Of a stretch of DNA of 64,000 nucleotides, positions 42,301-53,169 are shown one piece after another (positions within the stretch are counted from its first letter, which is position 1; every line of letters starts with the position of its first letter). Both the position numbers and the translations under genes were made by a program. The notes beneath the pieces are model-generated. The model was given only the letters and a program-made list of their open reading frames with translations. It was not told the origin of the DNA and searched no databases. The stretch is from Mytilus edulis (taxonomy: Eukaryota), in the NCBI RefSeq assembly GCF_963676685.1, contig NC_092348.1, forward strand, positions 46,872,001-46,936,000. Reading direction: 5' to 3'.

Positions 42301-43350
42301 CACGGTTCGGTTAATATATATACGAACTATTCTTTAAAATCATCATTCGGGACTGTGATTTAATTGTTTCGTCCATGAAAATAATTTTTTTCAGAGGGTG
42401 TATTAGGTTTTCCTGATATGTCTTTTTTATCATGTTGTTTGTGTATTCTATAATTTTTTACAGTGACTTATCATCTTATTCTATCAATACCCCTCAAAAA
42501 CAACAGATAACAATCAACATCTTTTACCTATAATGTAGGTTGCAATTCTGTAAATATAGACAATGCAATTTCCCACAGAAACTCCCTTTGCGGTCAAAAA
42601 TCTGTGACACTTGTACAATGAAGTTTCGTGAAAAATAATATCCCAGAACGGAAATTTTATATGTAGTACTATTTTAATCAAAGGCCAAAATATAGGGCCA
42701 TTTTTTTTTACCTCCTAAGAATTAGAATTTAAGCGCTACCCTTTTTTTTATATGCAGGATACACTCCCAAGTGATGTCTCTGTTAAATGAAATACAGAGA
42801 TCATAAATGGAACCAGTACGTTAACAAATTAACATATCATCTCCCAAAAAGAGGCGTGGTTTGAAAACAGCTGTATTTTCAAAGTGTAATTTCTAACAAT
42901 TAAGAAGCATTAAATTAATGAAAACCGACAATATGCTTAATTTCTTAAAATGAATAACTGCACGGCCCCTATAATGGCATCTATCGTGGTGCCTATGTCA
43001 GATGTATATCCAGTTGTCATAGGAAAATGTAGAATCTGTTTATGCACGATTATTAGCAAGCCTTTTTTTGGAGATAATGCTGCAAATACATATGTAAATA
43101 CAATGATGTTGCATAAGTCATTTTTAGATGACATTTCTACGATACGAGTTTTTGAGAATTTGTAAATATCAGTGATTCGAACGAAACTAAAAAGATACTA
43201 CTTGTCGAAATACGCATCATCATCATTTAAAAGAAGCTATTTTTGGAAGTTTTATTATGATATCACAGCTTTAATTTTTTTCTAAATCAATTTTCAGATT
43301 CAAGACAGCAACTTGAGACACCACCTGTATATACAAATATGAATATTTGA
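14618..43350 (+). CDS. Multi-exon type I transmembrane immunoglobulin-superfamily receptor (9 Ig-like domains, TM, short Tyr-motif tail; CEACAM/nephrin/hemicentin-like annotation class), whole gene span
   Basis: Twelve exons joined by hand: 14618-14678, 15619-15960, 19603-19851, 21924-22184, 22952-23212, 25684-25947, 29858-30118, 30559-30849, 35369-35653, 37852-38157, 39390-39527, 43298-43350. All have AG/GT boundaries and phase-1 introns, forming a continuous 2772 nt frame (923 aa + stop). Extra cytoplasmic micro-exons are possible. Confidence 0.88.
15619..15960 (+). CDS. Exon 2, Cys-rich divergent N-terminal (V-like) Ig domain
   Basis: ttttcaacag| acceptor and G|GTAATT donor; 342 nt open frame with NINCSY and QLTLQCAT strands and 8 Cys after the predicted signal cleavage. 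Confidence 0.8.
19603..19851 (+). CDS. Exon 3, Ig domain (CxxxCxPxCxxxW ... DNGTYQC)
   Basis: tttttatag| ... T|GTAAGT; 249 nt; LICNASCGPPCTFRW and KDNGTYQCEATN. Confidence 0.93.
20930..21389 (+). mobile_element. 3' fragment of the same Penelope-like family
   Basis: Matches 48530-48990 and the reverse complement of 59539-59856. Other fragments at about 5790-6245, 38858-39037, 45803-45950 (-), 11430-11570 (-) and 15390-15500 (-). Confidence 0.85.
21924..22184 (+). CDS. Exon 4, Ig domain
   Basis: tatacag| ... T|GTACGT; 261 nt; ITCTADCQPDCTLMW and QAGTYLCNASN. Confidence 0.93.
22952..23212 (+). CDS. Exon 5, Ig domain
   Basis: ttccag| ... T|GTGAGT; 261 nt; INCSSECNPVCVLNW and QDGIYKCNATN. Confidence 0.93.
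23290..23381. repeat. 46 bp perfect tandem duplication
   Basis: tctgaactgtccattagcccatccagaatacccgacaaacgctata x2. Confidence 0.95.
23497..23540 (-). ncRNA. Minimal type I hammerhead ribozyme
   Basis: gcgtca-CTGATGA-gtc ttatgta gac-GAAA-cgcgcg-TC-tggc; palindromic stem III ACGCGCGT; cleavage 23503/23502. Confidence 0.88.
23852..23895 (-). ncRNA. Minimal type I hammerhead ribozyme (core intact, stem I weakened)
   Basis: gcatca-CTGATGA-gtc...gac-GAAA-cgcgcg-TC-gggcgt; two stem I mismatches. Confidence 0.75.
24820..25040 (-). mobile_element. Degenerate tRNA-derived SINE (CORE/V-like)
   Basis: Minus strand gttcgaac head remnant, cactcaggcttcctc core, aaatgaccgggatgatata..caaacatcaacaatcaatc tail. 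Confidence 0.45.
25684..25947 (+). CDS. Exon 6, Ig domain (frame absent from the ORF track)
   Basis: tatacag| ... T|GTAAGT; 264 nt; YGPSCIVLSPNETEY, ISCTATCQPPCVGTW, QTGLYRCNVSN. Confidence 0.92.
25961..26845 (-). mobile_element. 5'-truncated 3' end of a probable Penelope-like (Naiad-type) retroelement (family B): ORF C-terminus plus 3' UTR carrying the twister
   Basis: Uninterrupted frame 26844-26599 (DIIRKYSSTCRLLIRSGISHPIFYGNILYK...LIKKGYNY...HRN*) resembling PLE RT C-terminal regions from memory. The same 3' end recurs at about 1785-1850, 16183-16320, 46156-46525 and 50710-50870. Confidence 0.7.
26196..26286 (-). ncRNA. Twister ribozyme, P5-open permutation, intact core
   Basis: Minus strand reads ggttagaggt-ata-GGGG-GAGGG-ttgagatctaacaaacatgtt-TAA-CCCC-GC-Cgcatttttgc G-CCTG-TCCCAAGT-CAGG-a-gcctctagcc. 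P2, P3, P4, P5, pseudoknots T1 and T2, the catalytic GA and the U/A cleavage step (26243/26242) all match the twister consensus. Confidence 0.8.
27079..27679 (-). mobile_element. Possible solo LTR
   Basis: TGTAAC...GTGACA ends, TATA-like ggggtatataaa followed by AATAAA on the minus strand; no clean target duplication. Confidence 0.45.
29858..30118 (+). CDS. Exon 7, Ig domain with an extra Cys before the DxGxYxC motif (absent from the ORF track)
   Basis: acgtag| ... T|GTAAGT; 261 nt; IACEIDGVPKP and PLCNDTGNYTCAAENSIG. Confidence 0.92.
30559..30849 (+). CDS. Exon 8, I-set-like Ig domain lacking the canonical disulfide
   Basis: tgttttag| ... C|GTAAGT; 291 nt; FLSYPKPKISW and QYGMYVLKVTNG. Confidence 0.92.
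31955..32532. repeat. 121 bp tandem repeat x4
   Basis: Units start at about 31955, 32076, 32197 and 32317. Confidence 0.95.
32360..32453. mobile_element. 94 bp hAT/P-type MITE with 8 bp target duplication
   Basis: cacaggcactcgtctcagaaa / tttctgagacgaatgcctgtg; acaatacc duplicated at 32352-32359 and 32454-32461; three neighbouring units show the empty site. Confidence 0.93.
35369..35653 (+). CDS. Exon 9, Ig domain with an extra Cys
   Basis: tatatag| ... T|GTGAGT; 285 nt; FLCEVNGYPVPDISW and ANCLHTGSYRCQG. Confidence 0.92.
36319..37378 (-). mobile_element. Helentron-associated (HINE/DINE-1/MgE-like) element with an internal ~162 bp satellite array
   Basis: Short gcgc-aatga-gcgc hairpin and atacg(c/t)cc subterminal repeats, five aagtatacaga anchors spaced 161-165 bp, (GACA/GACG)n tract at 37265-37330, A-run insertion site. 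Confidence 0.82.
37852..38157 (+). CDS. Exon 10, I-set-like Ig domain lacking the canonical disulfide
   Basis: tttgattcag| ... G|GTAAGT; 306 nt; ILAYPEPIIIW and DYGVYTIIAFNKIG. Confidence 0.92.
39390..39527 (+). CDS. Exon 11, transmembrane helix and basic stop-transfer segment
   Basis: ttttttcag| ... G|GTAACA; IGASVGASFFILIVAGLTVFVL followed by KTMKRRAYIKK. Confidence 0.88.
40137..40176 (+). CDS. Candidate cytoplasmic micro-exon (ENSKLYQSTQPDT from 40137, or ASCINQHNRIQ from the AG at 40142-40143)
   Basis: AG|GTACGT donor with two possible acceptors. Only the 33 nt form joins the last exon in frame without a further exon. Confidence 0.4.
41500..41542 (-). ncRNA. Minimal type I hammerhead of a second retrozyme-like family (element about 41462-41800)
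   Basis: gcatca-CTGAAGA-gaca ttgat tgtc-GAAA-tgcgca-TA-tggtg; palindromic stem III ATGCGCAT. Decayed relatives at about 8450-8880, 16495-16635 and 43180-43225. Confidence 0.8.
43298..43350 (+). CDS. Terminal coding exon DSRQQLETPPVYTNMNI*
   Basis: Pyrimidine-rich ttttcag| acceptor, phase 1 compatible with the TM exon, Tyr motif before TGA, ATTAAA at 43352. Confidence 0.65.
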
Positions 43351-43652
43351 AATTAAAGTTGAAGTTTAAAATACCTACTCTTCTTTTTAATTCAAGCTAG
43401 CATTTACTTTTAAATTGATAGATTCTTTTTTATGTATTATAATTCTGGATTTCCCAAGACGTAGTGTTATGTTTTGCCTGCATTTGTATCTTATAAATGG
43501 ATGCATTACTTTTTTATTTAAACTACTGATTCCCTGAACTCAAATAATCGAACCATTCAGAAATATTAAAAACAAAATGACGAAAATTGAGGAAGTTGAA
43601 TCCTGTCCTTTAATTAATTGAGGCCATCACGAGTAGGTTGATTGTTATGGAA

Positions 43653-43860
43653 TACTGTGGATTTATTTATTTTCGTGGGTTCCAATTTTCGTGCATAGAG
43701 GAAAAAAATAATCGTGGTTTTTAAATTAAGTAGTTTTGGCAAAGTCTACATACATTTCTTTAGAAAATTTGTAATTCGTTGAACATTTTAATTCGTGGTT
43801 CCCTTGTACCCACGAAATCCACGAAATTGATATCCAACAAATATCAATGAATCCACAGTA
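43653..43860. mobile_element. Tc1/mariner-type MITE
   Basis: TA-CTGTGGATT ... AATCCACAG-TA termini; it interrupts the Penelope 3' copy, which rejoins across it. Confidence 0.8.
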
Positions 43861-46155
43861 TTCGTTTCACAGGTAATGGCGGATATGTTCCACATTTCGT
43901 AACTTCAATTCCGTCCCTCTTCACGGGATGTGACCTACGGAATTTTACTTATTTTCGGGTTTGTACTTACACGAGCAGCACGAAGAGCCACATGAAAAGC
44001 ACCTGAGGTTTCTTCCAGTTTTGGTAGGGTTTGTGTTGTTCAGTGTTTAGTTTTCTCTGACGTGTTTTGTGTACTGTTTTTTTTTTTTTCATTTAAGCCT
44101 TGACGTTGTCTTTTAATTTTTGAATTGTGAATTTGAATGTCTATTTGGTATCTTTTACCTCTCTTTTATCAACCACTGGGTCAATGTCGCTGATGGTGGA
44201 TTCTTTGTACCCGCGGAAATCATCCTTTGAAGTGGTTCATATTCATGAATTAGGGCAGATCAAAGAGAATACTGGCTCGGCCATAATTCAGAATAAATAA
44301 GAACAGAAGCAGACGTGAATATTGGGTTGTCTGATATTATATGTGTCCCCTCATCACCAAACATGACAAATATACCTACATGTTTTTTGGCACATTCAGA
44401 TCATCATACTTACAACAACAAAAATCTACGTTCACAGTTGTGTTCATCTCTACTAAAAGACATTTTGAATTTTAATGACAATGAACAACATGGTTTCATT
44501 TTGAAATGTAAAACAAATATTCCAAACCTATAAAAGTTTAATTGCAGATAATCAATTTACTAGTTATTTAACTAAAAAGTCTTATTTTATTAGAAGCTAC
44601 GATGATCATGATGATCGAAATCAACAAATTTGTGTACGGACTAGTAACAGTGTTTCGGGATTGCTATATGTCAGCGAAACGAAAATAGGACTGTATACAC
44701 GTATGTGCGCCCATAGATCAGAAATTAGAAACAATGCAAGCGTCGACATTGATTAAAAGAATCTTAACCAGCCTGATCATTCAATCCTTTCTATGCAATT
44801 TTGCATAATCGACAAAATATACCCCAGAACTTTAAATCCTTATCTTGCAAAACCTCTATGTAGACAAAAGGAAAAACCTCTATCCAAACCAATACCAACT
44901 TACCGCTATTATCTCTGATATTGCAAGTCGCACTCGAAAAGAAAAAATATTCTTTACAAAACATTAATGTAAGGCCATGATGCGATCAACTTGAGCAATA
45001 TCCTCCGTAATAAACACGTTCATTGGAAATTACCTGCCTATTTTAAGATCTTAGGGTACCAATCATTTCGTATACATATATTAAACCAATTTTAATCAAA
45101 ATATTTTCAATTACAAACACGTGTTGCAAAATATCTAAATATTGCCATTAACTCATATCAGCAAAATATTTAATCCAAAGCCGTCAATTGGAAATACAAC
45201 TTCAAAAGACTTATGAATTCACTCGAGGATTATACCAGGCAATAGGTTAAACGAGAGAAAGAAAACGTACATAATCTGTCCAAATGGAAGAAGGTATAGT
45301 TGATACAAATCAAAACTACAAGCTGAAGTGGTCTATAAATACACATGCTACATCAATTTTTGAAGATAGTGATGCTACAACACAACTGTCCTACCTCAAA
45401 TACAGATGTGTTGTTGTTAGTCCCAAACAAAATCGCATTACATAAACTGCTTGAATGTTGAATAAGGTAATTACATTTACTTTGAAAACTTTGCATATAC
45501 ACAAACTACACAACAATGAAATCCTATGTAACGTAACCATAAGTTTGTTCTATATTCATTTGGAATTTCAACTAAAGATACGGACGTGAATCTGTATTTG
45601 ATACCCATAATACATATTAAGCGTCAGTACAAACAACGTTATATTCCTGGGTCTTCAACGTGCTCCTAGAAAGCTTTTTTGAGATGGTACCATCAATTTT
45701 ATCAGCATTTAAAGACGTGGTACTACATATTCTAGAGGTGTTGAGAATCAGAAGTGGATACTAAAACAATCCAAAGATCTTTTAGAGTACATACGATCTA
45801 AAAGAGAAACGCAAGATACCAGAGAGACATTCAAACTCATAAGTCAAAATCTAACTGACAACGCCATAGCAAAAAATAACCCAGACAAGCCATAGTCCAT
45901 TAACACAACAGGGAAAACTACAGACTGAGCAACACACCCTAACCAAAATCTTATCTCTGTCTCTTTCGTCTTGAAAAAAGTATTAACATATTTGACTTTT
46001 CTACACTTTACACAAGTATTCTTTATTCTAAATTTTAAGAAATAATGAAAAAATGGTTCTTTGTTTCATAAAATAATATGACCAACGTAGATTCAAATAT
46101 CACGTCTTAGGAAGGGATACATCGTACTTTCTAAAAACATTCTCTCTTCTCTAAA

Positions 46156-46525
46156 TTCTAACATCGGACTAGGACTTATCTTGAACTGAATTTTACTGTG
46201 CGTAGTGTTATGCGTTTACTTTTCTACATTGGCTAGAGGTATAGGGGGAAGGTTGAGATCTCAAAAAACAAGCTAACCTCGCCGCATTTTTGCGCCTGTC
46301 CCAAGTCAGGAGCCTCTGTTTTTTGTGTATAATTTGAAGTTTAGTATGACGTCCATTATCACTGAACTGATACATATATTTGTTTAGGGGCCAGCTGAAG
46401 GATGCCTCCTGGTGCGGGAGTTCCTCGCCGAATTGAAGACGTATTGGTGACCTTCTGCTGTTGTCTGTTCTATGATCGGCTTATCTTTTCTTTGACACAT
46501 TCCCCATTTCCATTCTTAATTTTAT
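46156..46525 (+). mobile_element. Family B 3' fragment with mutated twister (46231-46317), nested in the decayed Penelope RT
   Basis: Reverse complement of about 25961-26360; GAGGG changed to GAAGG; 12 nt palindrome ttgagatctcaa. Confidence 0.85.
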
Positions 46526-46746
46526 CTGTAATTGAAATTATCAAGATGCTGGATTCCTTAATTTGTTACATTTAAAGGACTAGTTTTCAACAAACATTTG
46601 TCATTATTCCTATAGGAACCATCTGTGTACCTCTGCTATGCCGCCATGTTCCTCTACTCATATGAGATCGACTTCATACTGAAAGTTCTTAGGAACAAAA
46701 AAAATATAGTCAACAGAGTCTTTTTAACTTCAGTTTCCGTTATATA

Positions 46747-48252
46747 TGTTCCAGACCATATGAGTATTTGGACCGTACGCGTATGGTCCTGTACGAGCTG
46801 ACAATACATGTTATTTGATCGTCAATTTAAAGAAACATTCATTACAATCTTTTTTAGTTTTACAAATTGTTATTATTACAATTAAATGAATAAAATGAAC
46901 AAACGAACAATTATCTTAGATGCTCATAAAAAATAACCAGATTGTTATTGGCAGGAAATGGCCACAGCATTTATTAACAGATATGATATATGTACTATTA
47001 TATGAAATGCAATTTGTGATATGATATATGTACTATTATATGAAATACAATTTGTGATATGACATATGTACTATTATATGAAATGCAATTTGTGATATGA
47101 TATATGTACTATTAAACGAAATGCAATTTGTGATACATGTAGATCTATGAATTAAAACTAACTGATAAAAATGCATATGTGTCTGTGAAAATGTTATATG
47201 ATGATCGCCGAATATGTTTGAGGTGGCAGACCATATATGAAAAGGGAAAGTTCAAGATAAGCTATTAACCCTGGAATTCAGAGGCTAATGCTATCATACG
47301 ATTACAATAAGTCTGTAAACTGCAAATATGTTATCTAAGCGCAGCGAAATCTGCCAAATTGTCGGTGCTGCGACAATTTTAGCCTACAGTTAAAAATTTT
47401 CACAGAACCGTCAACCGCCAATAAAATTCACCTTAGAGATAGTTAATCCATCGGTAAAAACAAACCTACCATTAAATTTTCACTCCCCACCTTTTCAAAG
47501 CCAAATTAGCTCCTCCCGGTCGTTGTCTTGCTTCCAAAATTTTAGAAGATAAATCTATGGCTAAAAATGCTTCTGCTTTTCCTAAATGTCGACGTCAAAA
47601 AGAGGATTATGGGTAAATCAATCACTTGCAAAGATCGATGATCCAACTAGAAACCAAATACTATTACTTGATGAAGTAGTATAACGACGGACAGTGGTAT
47701 GAGCACAACCGATAACTGATTTAAAATTAAGATTTTAAATCCTATTAAAACTAAAAATTTGTTTTATTGTATATCTGAATCCTATTTTGGTACTCTCGCT
47801 CAAGGTGACACTTGCTATCACAAGTTACGCAATATTTTTTTGAATTTACATGTTTGCAGTTCATGCACGTTCATTTGCATTTTTTTGTAAAGTTGCTAAT
47901 ATTCTATAATATTCTGAAACAATTGTCCTCCCACATTATGTTTACTTCCGATATCTTCAATTTCAGTGATCATGTTTTCAATAAATGTATTTTTGATCGA
48001 CATGCTAAATACAAGAGATTAACAGATTTGATTAGCGTGAATTTTTTAAATAGCTAAAATTTAAAGTTTTTACTTTAATAATTACAATCGAACTTTTTAT
48101 ATATTTATTTGAGAGTTAAGTTATGTTTAATTATTTTATGCCTTTGTATCTAATAAACTTGACAACCTTCTAAATATTATTCATAACGTACGCGTACGGT
48201 CCGACCGTATGAGTATTTTGAAAAAATCCAAATATTCATACGGACTTGAACA
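46747..48252. mobile_element. Non-autonomous TIR DNA transposon, 1.5 kb, TA flanks
   Basis: 26 bp TIRs tgttccagaccatatgagtatttgga / tccaaatattcatacggacttgaaca (4 mismatches); RT sequence resumes after it. Confidence 0.82.
46980..47134. repeat. 38 bp minisatellite x4
   Basis: Unit gatatgatatatgtactattatatgaaatgcaatttgt. Confidence 0.95.
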
Positions 48253-51069
48253 TATACATATACATGAGGTTCACTCACCAAATAACTCAAAATTGAGTGA
48301 CTATATTAAACGTATATATTCCATGTTGACATAAAGGATACGACAAATACAGTTTAGTCTCCCATGCATCTTAATTAACATCTAGAAATCGATCATCAGT
48401 ACCGATTGAAACCAAAATTATACAACAAAAGGGATGATTTCGGCTTCCCGATTGTGTATTTTTTATTTCTATGTAGAAACATTCCAGCAGTGCCTGCATA
48501 CGGGATATACATCGCGCCTTTGATACAATATTCTGGGCTTGTATTTCTTATTTTGATTTCCTTCATATATGGTTGCTGTTCACAAGTGCCAATTGAACCA
48601 AGTGGTGAGGGTGAAGTCATGCCTTTGTAAATTTTACGGACGCCATCACCAGTTGGTTTACCGCTTTGGCATAACCGTTTCACAGATGATAGCGGATATG
48701 TTCCAATTGTCGTAACTATTAACGCAATCAACCTTGTCCTTAATGAAATCTACATAATAAGACTTATTACCGGGTTTGTATTAATAAAAAAACACAACGG
48801 GTGCAACATGTAACGTACGAACTTTTGGAGTACTTGAGATCACCTTCAGATTTTAGTGGGATGCGTTGTTCAGCCGTTGGTTTTTTATGTTGTTTTTTGG
48901 TGTACTTTTGTTTGTCTGTTTGATCTTTTCCTTTCGTTTATGTTTTACTTATGTGTTTTAACGTCACTTGGAATATTTCGCCTTTCTCTTGAATTAAAAC
49001 GGAAATGTAAATAATGAAAAGAGTAGAAAATTATAACTCTAAATGAATGAACATGTTGCACAGTTTATTAAAAACTTTCATATCCCATATTCTTTTTCTT
49101 GTTTGAAAATCTTTTTCTGTATATTTGTGTTATTTAGATGATTATTTACATTGTTGGTGGTAAATAAAGTTCGGTTTGGTAGGTTTACATATATTATGTT
49201 TAATTCTTTTCTGGTGTTGCTCAGATACTAGTAGCTCATTTCTACTATGCACGATTTTTTTTTATAAGTTTTAAGTGGCTTCGAACTAGCTGTCAGTAAC
49301 TGCAAGTACTCTCAGATAATTAATTAGTGAATTTTGGTTGTTATGAGATAAAAGTACCCAGCCATGTCCACTGTGTGTTTTTTTTAGATGTTTTTCTATT
49401 TGTATCAATCTGACGAGTTTAGCCTTTTTCAACTGATTTCTATAGTTCCTTCTTATGGTGTACTGTTACACCACTGTTCCAGGTTAAGGGAGAGTTGGTA
49501 TCCCGCTAACATGTTTAACACTGTCACATTCTGTATGTATGTGCTTGTCCCAAATCAGGAGCCTTAATTCAGTTGTTGTCGTTGGTTGATGTCTTACATA
49601 ATTTGTTTTCGGTTAAGGACGTTAGTTTTCTTGTTTGAATTCTTTATCATTTTGGAGCCTTTTGTAGCCGACTTGTTAACTTGCTTATGCTCATTGTTGA
49701 AGGCCGAACGATGTATATTTCTGTTTGTATTTGCATCATTTTCTGTATTATAAGCTTGAGAACTTACGGTCTTCAAAACCAATCAAAATTGGTGAAGATT
49801 GCCTAGTTCTAGAACCCCGTTTTTGTAAAGTTTTAACACATCGTTTAGTTAACTTGGCAAACACATTTATCCCTATAATAATGGACACACTTTCTGTGTC
49901 CGAGCTCACCTGAATTATAGGTACGGCCGTTGCAGACGATTCTTGTAGTTCAAAGCTCGGAACCTTTACAATTCTTAGTTCCATAAACCATAGCCTAGGC
50001 AAACCACCTTTGACCCTTTCTACTCAAAACCATTACCAGGTAAGTGATAGCCCCGATTTTATATATTTATGACCAGACCAAGTGACCTACACCATTTCAC
50101 TACGAATGCTGCAACTTTCTCCATGTTTGCACTGGTAGATTTACGTACAACGGGTCCCTGTTCTGTTTTCTCGATCTTGTGCATGTATCTATGATAAACA
50201 TTGATATTCATGACTGATTGCAAACAATGTAAATAGTCATCGTCACCAATTGTAACTGCTGATGTTATATTTTATCGTATTTAGATTTAGAAACCAATGT
50301 CCTACTCTGTTAAGCTACCAAGTTATCTGCAAGTCACCATTGCTGGTTCACAATAAGCAGATAACATTATTGAAATGTCTGTTACCAAGGTTGGTTTTGT
50401 TATTATGAATGATACGATAAGAAAAAAGCACACATACACACAACTATTATTATCGACGTGAAGCTGAAAGAAAAAAGATTAAGGAACATATAGTAGCCTA
50501 AAATAATAAACATGTAAAATTGCTCGGACTTGCAGACCTGAGCATAAAAGATACCTTCTATTATAGGCAGAACAAAAAACGAAACTCATTATACTCAACA
50601 AATCTGCAATAATGAATTTCATAGTTGTTCGTTTTTTCATACATAAAAGCATCAAAAACTCGATAAAGACCCATTTGTGAGCAACGACGTAATATATAAA
50701 TCAGAATGAAAACAAGAATGTGTCTAAGAGATAACAAATCAACCAAGAAGCAGACAAATAGTGAGAAAATCCAACACCCGGAGGCATGCATCAGCTCGCT
50801 CCTAAAAATATTGGATACTACATCTGCCAAAATGGATGTCACACTAAACATGCTAAACTATCAAACATATAAATTAAAGAACACATGTATAGACCCAAGG
50901 AACCCATGAGCCATTAAAATAAATTCGAATAAGTTCTCAAACTGTTAAATGACTTAGATCATTTAACATCATTGTTTAGAACTTTTGTAGATGATAAGGC
51001 ATCCGGTATTTTGCAATCTTGAGATGACGATAAGTTTTAGTAAATGATTCAATAAAGCAAATGCCATAT

Positions 51070-51565
51070 TATAAAAAAGAAGATGTGGTATGATTGCCAA
51101 TGAGATAACTGTCCACAAGAGACCAAAAATGACACAGACATTTACAACTATAGGTCACCGTACAGCCTTCAACAATGAGCAAAGCCCATACCGCATAGTC
51201 AGCTATAAAAGGTACCGATATGACAAGGTAAAACAATTCAAACGAGAAAAGTAACGGCCTTATTTAAATAAAAATATGAACGAAAACTAAATATGTAACA
51301 CAAAAACAAACGACAACCACTGATTTACAGGCTCCTGACTTGGGACAGACACATACATAAATAATGTGGCGGGGTTAAACATGTTTGCGGGATCCCAACC
51401 TTCCCCCTAACCTGGGACAATGGTATAACAGTACAACATAAGAACGAACTATAAAAATCAGTTGAAAAAGGCTTAACTCATCAGATGGACAAACATACAA
51501 ATGGAATTGGTAGGGTTCTTGTACATCCCGACAACAAAAAGACACTAGGAACAGATCTGAGAATG
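51070..51565 (-). mobile_element. Interspersed repeat family A with near-intact twister at 51317-51423
   Basis: Inverted near-copy of about 53970-54460; minus strand GGGG-GAAGG-ttgggatcccgcaaacatgtt-TAA-CCCC-GCC...G-TCTG-TCCCAAGT-CAGG. Confidence 0.85.
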
Positions 51566-52541
51566 AATTAGTTTATGAAGCGAAAATCTCAAATTCATCC
51601 AATGTAGTGAAGCATGACTATATACACATGCATCTAATCTTCTTTGTCTTCTGTAAAGATGGTGCATATACAAAGGAATAGATACTTTGCAATTGTGGTT
51701 TATTAAGATGTTAACATTATCACAATTGTATAGCATTTCTAATGTCTTTCGTCTCTTGTATATTTTGGTTGTTGTACTTTTAAAATAAGTTCCAATGATA
51801 AAGATTTTAAAACCACCATTACTTTTCAAAGGCACTTTCTTACATATTGTTATTGATAGAATTGTGCATTGAATGACTTTCAAAGCTTTTAACCTGTCAA
51901 TTTAAAGGAATGTACAGTCATGCTATTGAAATCAAGTATTTAGTGAAACACTAAAAAAATATGACATTTTAAGGAATTTTTACTTAAGTAAAAATATCAC
52001 ACAAACAATGTTGACAACCGTGAGACAAGACATAAAAAGTCTTTGCATGGATATTGATCATATGTTATAAAAATATTTTGAAGTGGTTTTGTATTATGAC
52101 ACTTGAGTATGTAGAATATAACAATTTAAAGATACTTCTGAATGGTCTCCAGATACTATAAAATTATGTCTAGCAAATATTCTTATTTATAGCAACCATG
52201 ACATTTCACTTGACTTTTGAAAATAAATGATAATAACACTTGAGGTGCATGTGAAACACATATAAGAGATATCCCGTTAAGTAATAAAAGTCTTGTTATA
52301 AAATTGCAAAATCATGAAACCAAATATAGTTTTAAATCTTATTTTCAATTCATTTCTTGTTTAAATCTAAAATCCGCTGAAATAACCTTCTATTTTATGT
52401 CACTATTTCAAATTTTCAGTTCCTGTTATAATGTTTTTGATACAGTTAAACATTAAAACTGTCATTTTTAAATTCATTGAAGGCACAAGGATAAAGTCAA
52501 TATAAAACTTGGCATACATTTGTGCCATGTAAAATATCTTT

Positions 52542-52990
52542 ATAGAATGAAATTCAAAACAGTGTGGCTGTGGCCATTGATTGACACATTAAATTCATCC
52601 ATTGACAGGGACAATTTACGTGAACGTTTGTCTGTAACGACCACTGTTCACGACGTACCTACGATAGACATTTAAACTGTGGGGTCACCAAAGGTTTCTT
52701 AACGCCTTTAATTATAAAATAATTCGAAAAATTAATCAGGAATAACCTTTATGTTTTGATTTATATAATTAGTATAAATCAAAACATCGTGTTATTTCTG
52801 ATTAATTTTTCGAATTACTTTATTAAGGTGTTGTGAACCTTTGGTGACCCCATAGTTTAAGTGTCTTTAAAAAGTACATAGTGAGCAGTTGTCGTTACAT
52901 ACAAACGTTCACCTAAATTTTCCCAGCCAATGGATGAATTTAATGTGTCAATCAATAGCCACAGCCACACTGTTTTGAATTTCATTCTAT
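52542..52990. mobile_element. Fold-back MITE, second copy
   Basis: Same length, ends and orientation as 12889-13337, with different flanks. Confidence 0.93.
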
Positions 52991-53169
52991 CTGATTATGT
53001 ACTATCACGATATTGCACGAACATAGCAAAAGGGTCATTATCTTATCAATCAATTTCTGACTATATATCAGAAATGACAGACTAAAAATCGTCAGTGAAT
53101 ATATATATATGATGATAATTTTGTCATCGCTAGCAACATATAGACAGTCCTTGGATGATGTAAACTTCT

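Larger units (their letters stand above)
43622..48990 (+). mobile_element. Decayed Penelope-like (Naiad-type) retroelement flanked by direct pseudo-LTR-like copies of its 3' end, with nested insertions
   Basis: Frameshifted RT motifs: IFNYK (about 45100), YKQRYI.GS (about 45630), WILKQSKDLLE (about 45755), FDFSTLYTSI (about 45990), IPIGT (about 46605), FRYI (about 46735), KLYNKRDDFGFPIV..NIPAVPAYGIY (48406-). The 3' segment at about 48640-48990 is repeated at 43622-44166. Confidence 0.85.

Noticed and set aside
42950-43165. ORF containing NTYVNT, resembling a cytoplasmic Tyr motif
   Set aside because: I found no donor in the phase needed to join the terminal exon, and the acceptor is weak.
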